From Takakia lepidozioides (lineage: Eukaryota > Plantae > Bryophyta): DNA of 63,509 nt. This document shows positions 59,401 to 63,509 of this stretch, piece after piece; within the stretch, counting starts at the first letter, position 1, and every line of letters starts with the position of its first letter. Below the pieces are notes generated by a model. That model was given only the letters and a program-made list of their open reading frames with translations, ran no database searches and was not told where the DNA came from. The position numbers and the translations under genes are program-made. Where the stretch lies: NCBI GenBank assembly GCA_030704615.1, contig CM060733.1, positions 44,640,492-44,704,000 of the forward strand, written 5' to 3'.

Positions 59401-62400
59401 TAAAGATCATTTTCTGTATCTGTATCTTGAACTCCTCTTATTAATCCCAATGGCTGTACACTTCTTTGATCTGCAGTGTTATTACTACTGTAAATGGGCT
59501 GGTTTCATGTTACTTAGACCAAGCTTCTTCCTTAATTGGTCTGTCATATATTTACTCCAGAACCACCATCTATCAGTACATCAGTTAGTTCTGTGCTTCC
59601 AATTCTCAATTGGATTACTGGCATAGAATCATCAAAGTCCATGACTGGTTCTCGCCCTTCCGGCTTCACATTAATAACTGGTCACCTTGCTGTTCAGGTC
59701 TGTGTTTCCTGTCTCTTGGGCAATTCGATTGATTGCTGATACAGCCTGTGCCTACAATAAGGTGCCACAGCTAATAGCTGTCCAATGGTAATTTCTGCTT
59801 TGGTCTGACATATTACTTCAGCCAAAGTCTCTTCATTACTTTGCATGTCTGCATCTTCTTTTTCCTTTCTTCCTCACTCCCTTCTTTTTCTCCATCCGAA
59901 TCAGAGGAATCTGCCACAGGAATATCAGTACTCTTTGCATTTCCCTTATAGTATCTGCCACTTCCTTGTGCAGTTCCTTCTCATCTTTCCAAGTCTCTTC
60001 ATCTTCAGGCATATCATTGCCACTTCCAGTCTCATCTTCTTCCTCTTCTACTGGAGGTATTAGTTTGGCTTTACTTTCTTGTTACTATCATTGTACTTAC
60101 TTCTGGTACAACACATGGCCTAACCATGTGAGCTGCCACCACTGGGCCCTCATTCACAGGAGCTCTCATCTCATTCTGGTGTCTTATCCAGAATGAACAG
60201 GCTGCCTTGCGATGTCCTGTTGATTACAATAGTAACATAGCTCTTCACCATTGGGTCCTCGCCCTTGGTCTGTTCTTGGATTATTTCTATAATCCTGATT
60301 CCCGGGCTGGTAATTCCCCTTTGGATTACCCTGATAGTTGCCTCTGGAATTTCCTTGGTAATTCCCTCTTGAATTACCTCTCCCTTCCATGCCATTGTTA
60401 TAACCACCAGACCTACCATAGTGGTCTTGATCATTGTTTCTTCTTCTGGCTGGGGCTGCACCTGATGCACCCTTACTTGCCTAGGTTCTCTTGCAGCTGT
60501 CCTTCTGTTGTAGTAAATTCTCATTCTCAGTAGAATGGTTATCCATTTTACAGATAGTACAGTGTTTCTCCTTCATGTGGCATTCTGGTGGTATGGCCTT
60601 CATTCTGGCACTTTGCACACCATAACACCCCTTCCTCCAATGTGTTGCAGCCTCTGTGGCATACTTCTTCAAGATTTCTTCCAATTTTTTTTCATAGTTA
60701 TCCCTCTTCAACTTCTCCTTTCTCTTACTCTTTCTTTTTAGTTCTTGCTCTTCTTCTTCATCTGACTCATCCTCATCTCAGAGTCCTCATCTTCTTTTTT
60801 CTCTCTCCTCTCCTGAGCATTCCTAATTGCTCAATTCTGTTCGCAGTTTCAAATGCCTCCTCCACTGTATTATGGGGTAACATATCCACTTTCTTTGCAA
60901 CTCTGGTCTTAGTCCACTCACAAACCAAGTCTTCTGTAACCCGGGCGCTGGTACTGCAGCCAGCTTTTTCATCATCAATTCCATCTTCTCCATATACTCT
61001 TCAACAGTTTCATGCTTCTTCTGCTTCAGCTGTTGTAAACTTCCATATACTTCATCCTCAGTTTTACTTGTCCTGAACCTATTTCGAAATGCTGTATTCA
61101 AGCCATTCCAGGTTAGGAAATGATTATCAGGAATCTTGCATACCATTCACTTGCTTTCTTGATAAGTGAACAAGGAAACAGTCTCATCTTGGCATCATCG
61201 CCATTCTCATTGTTCACTATACACATGTGCTCAAATTGGCTAATGTGTACATCGGGATCCCCTTTTCCTGAATATATTGGAAAGGGTGGTTTTTGCCCGT
61301 GTTGGTTTTAACGCCATCTGTGGCCCTACCTTCTGCCCACTGACAGGTGCTGGCACCCTTGCTGGTGCTGGTCCTTCTGGACCTGTTGTTTTTTGTGGTG
61401 GATCTTCCACCAAGTGGTGGCCCTTGAGCACTCCTTGCTTCTGGCCCCACGATATTCACAGTATTCCCAGCTTCAGTTGCACTACTTCCCACACTCCCTG
61501 TCCCCCCCCAAGCCAGATCCAGGTAGCCCGCCTGATCCCCCTGAGCCGACACCTTCGTTGGCCTGTGATCCAAGTGCTCCACTTGATCCAGGTCCAACGG
61601 GTTGGGATGTCCTGGTTGTAGTCTCAACCTCAGCTGTTGGGTCTACTTCTTCATATTCTTCCTCTTCCTAATTTCTTCTCTCTGTTTTCATCCTCCAAGT
61701 TCTGCCCTCGGGTTTCTTCTTCACTCATGTAACTCAACTGTAATGGTGTTGGAGAGTCTGAACTCTCCGTTGGCTCTGCCACATCCTCTTCTCCTTCTTC
61801 ATCTTCTTCTGCTTCAGAAACTGGAGTTCCTGCTTTTGGTGTTCCATGCCAACTCTTATCAAAGATTTCTGTCAAGTCTTTTATCCAAGGATGTACCTCA
61901 GATCTTTCACCTCGTGATTGATCTTCTTCCTGTACAAATTCCCTTAATCTTTCTTGCAAGAAACAGAAGGAGTGGCATCCAACTCTAGTTCTTCCGGTAT
62001 AGGTGATGTACCCTTTGATCTTGATGGTGTGAGAGGTCCAGATGATTCCCCTATGTCTATTCCTCTCTCCCAAAGATATGGATAATTAGCTTTCAGATAG
62101 CTTTCTCTTTTGCTGAATATCTCTGTCGTCTAGCTTCTCTTTCATCACTCATGTCCCATGTCTTTCATTTCTTTTAATGTGGCAATAACCAAAACTCTCT
62201 TCTGTAATATCTCTCGTATATGCCTGGGTTTCTTTCAAGCTTCAATGCACCCTTGGCTATACTTGAAGTCTCCGTTACCATATAACCATATGGCAAACAA
62301 GTCTGAAAAGCTGTTCTTGGTGTGAGTTTGATCCACAAAATATCCTTTGGAATCCAATTCTTTACCAGTACAAGCTCTTCATGCATACGAGTATAAACAT

Positions 62401-63509
62401 TCATCTTTCTTTCTTCCCAGCCTTCAAACTCTACTCGTTTAATGGATAGCAATGCTATCACATAAACCAATGTTGGTAACCAACGTGCTCTTCCTCTACA
62501 GGCTACCTGATAAATCTTTATCACTCCTTTCTCCCAGACCCCATTCTGGATCAGCATCATGCACTCGTTTAAGAATATTTTCTTTACAACCGTCTGGCAA
62601 TTCCAAGAACCTTTGAAAGAATTGTTTGGACAATCTTTCTTCCTTCGTTCCACAGGGAATTTGATTCACTTCAAATTCTTTAATGGTCCAACCACCATGA
62701 TCCCACCAGATGCCTGTCACATCTGGTTGTTCATGTCCCAGGTCCCCAGTATGGTCGCCAAATGTCGCGCGGCTTTTACTCACCCATCCCTTCGCTATTC
62801 GAGGTGGAAACTCCAAGATAGAAGAGTTGGAAATCTCTAAGTACTCAGCCCGCGCAGAACAATCAGTCATGACCTACAGCTAGTGTATCATGGGGGTGTT
62901 TCCTATTTGTTTCCCTTTTGGTATTCATGTTACTACTTACCATTGATAATTAAGTATCAGTTTGCTTTATCAATCTATTGGATTCCATCAACTCATCCAT
63001 TCATTCCACAGCTTCACTCAGATCTCTCTACACAGTGCGATTGTATCGTAAAGTATCCGATTATGATTTATCAGGTATCAGGCCGAAGCCATTGTGTCTC
63101 TAATCTACTCTACAATATCATTACATACAGCTTGCATATATCAAGCATCTACTCATCATCTCTCTATCTTCACTTCCGTTCTCATCTCTGCCCGATCCCC
63201 TCTCCTCTATCACCAAGAAGTCCTCCTCCGAATGCTGTCCAAATCCCCCTCCTTCATTCCCCGTTTTCCCTTTTATCTTCCTATCCGCGTTCTAACCGTT
63301 TCCCTCACTAACCGTCGTCTGTGACTAACATGTTCCCTTCGCAGGTGTTGTTCCCCACAGTCGTTCCCTGTCCTACTCTTCGTTCCCTATGATCGTGACA
63401 GCTGTGTCAAGCTGTGACTGGCTGTGTGAAACTGTGACGGGCTGTGACTGGCTGTGCGACTGTGTTTGGCTGTGTCGGGCTGTGACTGGCTGTGTGGCTG
63501 TGCCGGGCT
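50472..63509 (-). mobile_element. Athila/Phygy-like LTR retrotransposon, copy 2 (5' LTR cut by the window edge)
   Basis: LTRs 50472-51505 and 62763-end. PBS 62743-62760. gag ~60100-62100, protease ~59570, RT ~58100-58750, RNase H HCDAS 57469-58080, integrase GGHFG...WGLDF 56100-57410. Confidence 0.95.
51537..55295 (-). pseudogene. Extra 3' ORF of copy 2 (multiple 1-nt indels)
   Basis: Near-identical peptides to 26706-30425 (MEELTDY...PVVTTTPQPPQPEVWG...). Confidence 0.85.

Overview
Eukaryotic (very probably land-plant or streptophyte) repeat-rich DNA made of nested transposable elements. No intact host gene, RNA gene or CRISPR array is supported. (1) There are pieces of at least 3-4 related large Mutator-like (MULE) DNA transposons: a GCM-like Zn-finger + MULE DDE transposase (43337-45792, -), a SWIM-domain transposase tail (10377-10649) and two matching right-hand termini (ending 10368 and 12732). 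Their cargo is unusual: a multi-exon gene fusing a ParB/sulfiredoxin-like domain to a prokaryotic beta-class amino (N6A/N4C) DNA methyltransferase domain (copy 1 1762-6968 +; copy 2 22040-25568 plus 35393-35652 -; probable copy 3 starting 49316 +); four paralogues of an unrecognised ~185-aa protein; and dense non-coding arrays of copy-specific palindromes sharing an arm-CG-N4-CG-arm design, also present in the cargo gene's introns. (2) A degenerate Ty3/Gypsy element has a C5-cytosine methyltransferase between protease and RT (16360-22037). (3) Two copies of an Athila/Phygy-like non-chromovirus carry a ~1240-codon extra 3' ORF (25569-35392 and 50472-end, -). (4) A near-intact chromovirus (35653-42619, TSD ATTCC). 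The three LTR elements in (3) and (4) sit inside ParB-MTase copy 2 and the putative copy 3. All domain calls come from motif reading by eye; no database searches were run. Many 1-nt frameshifts may be assembly errors.
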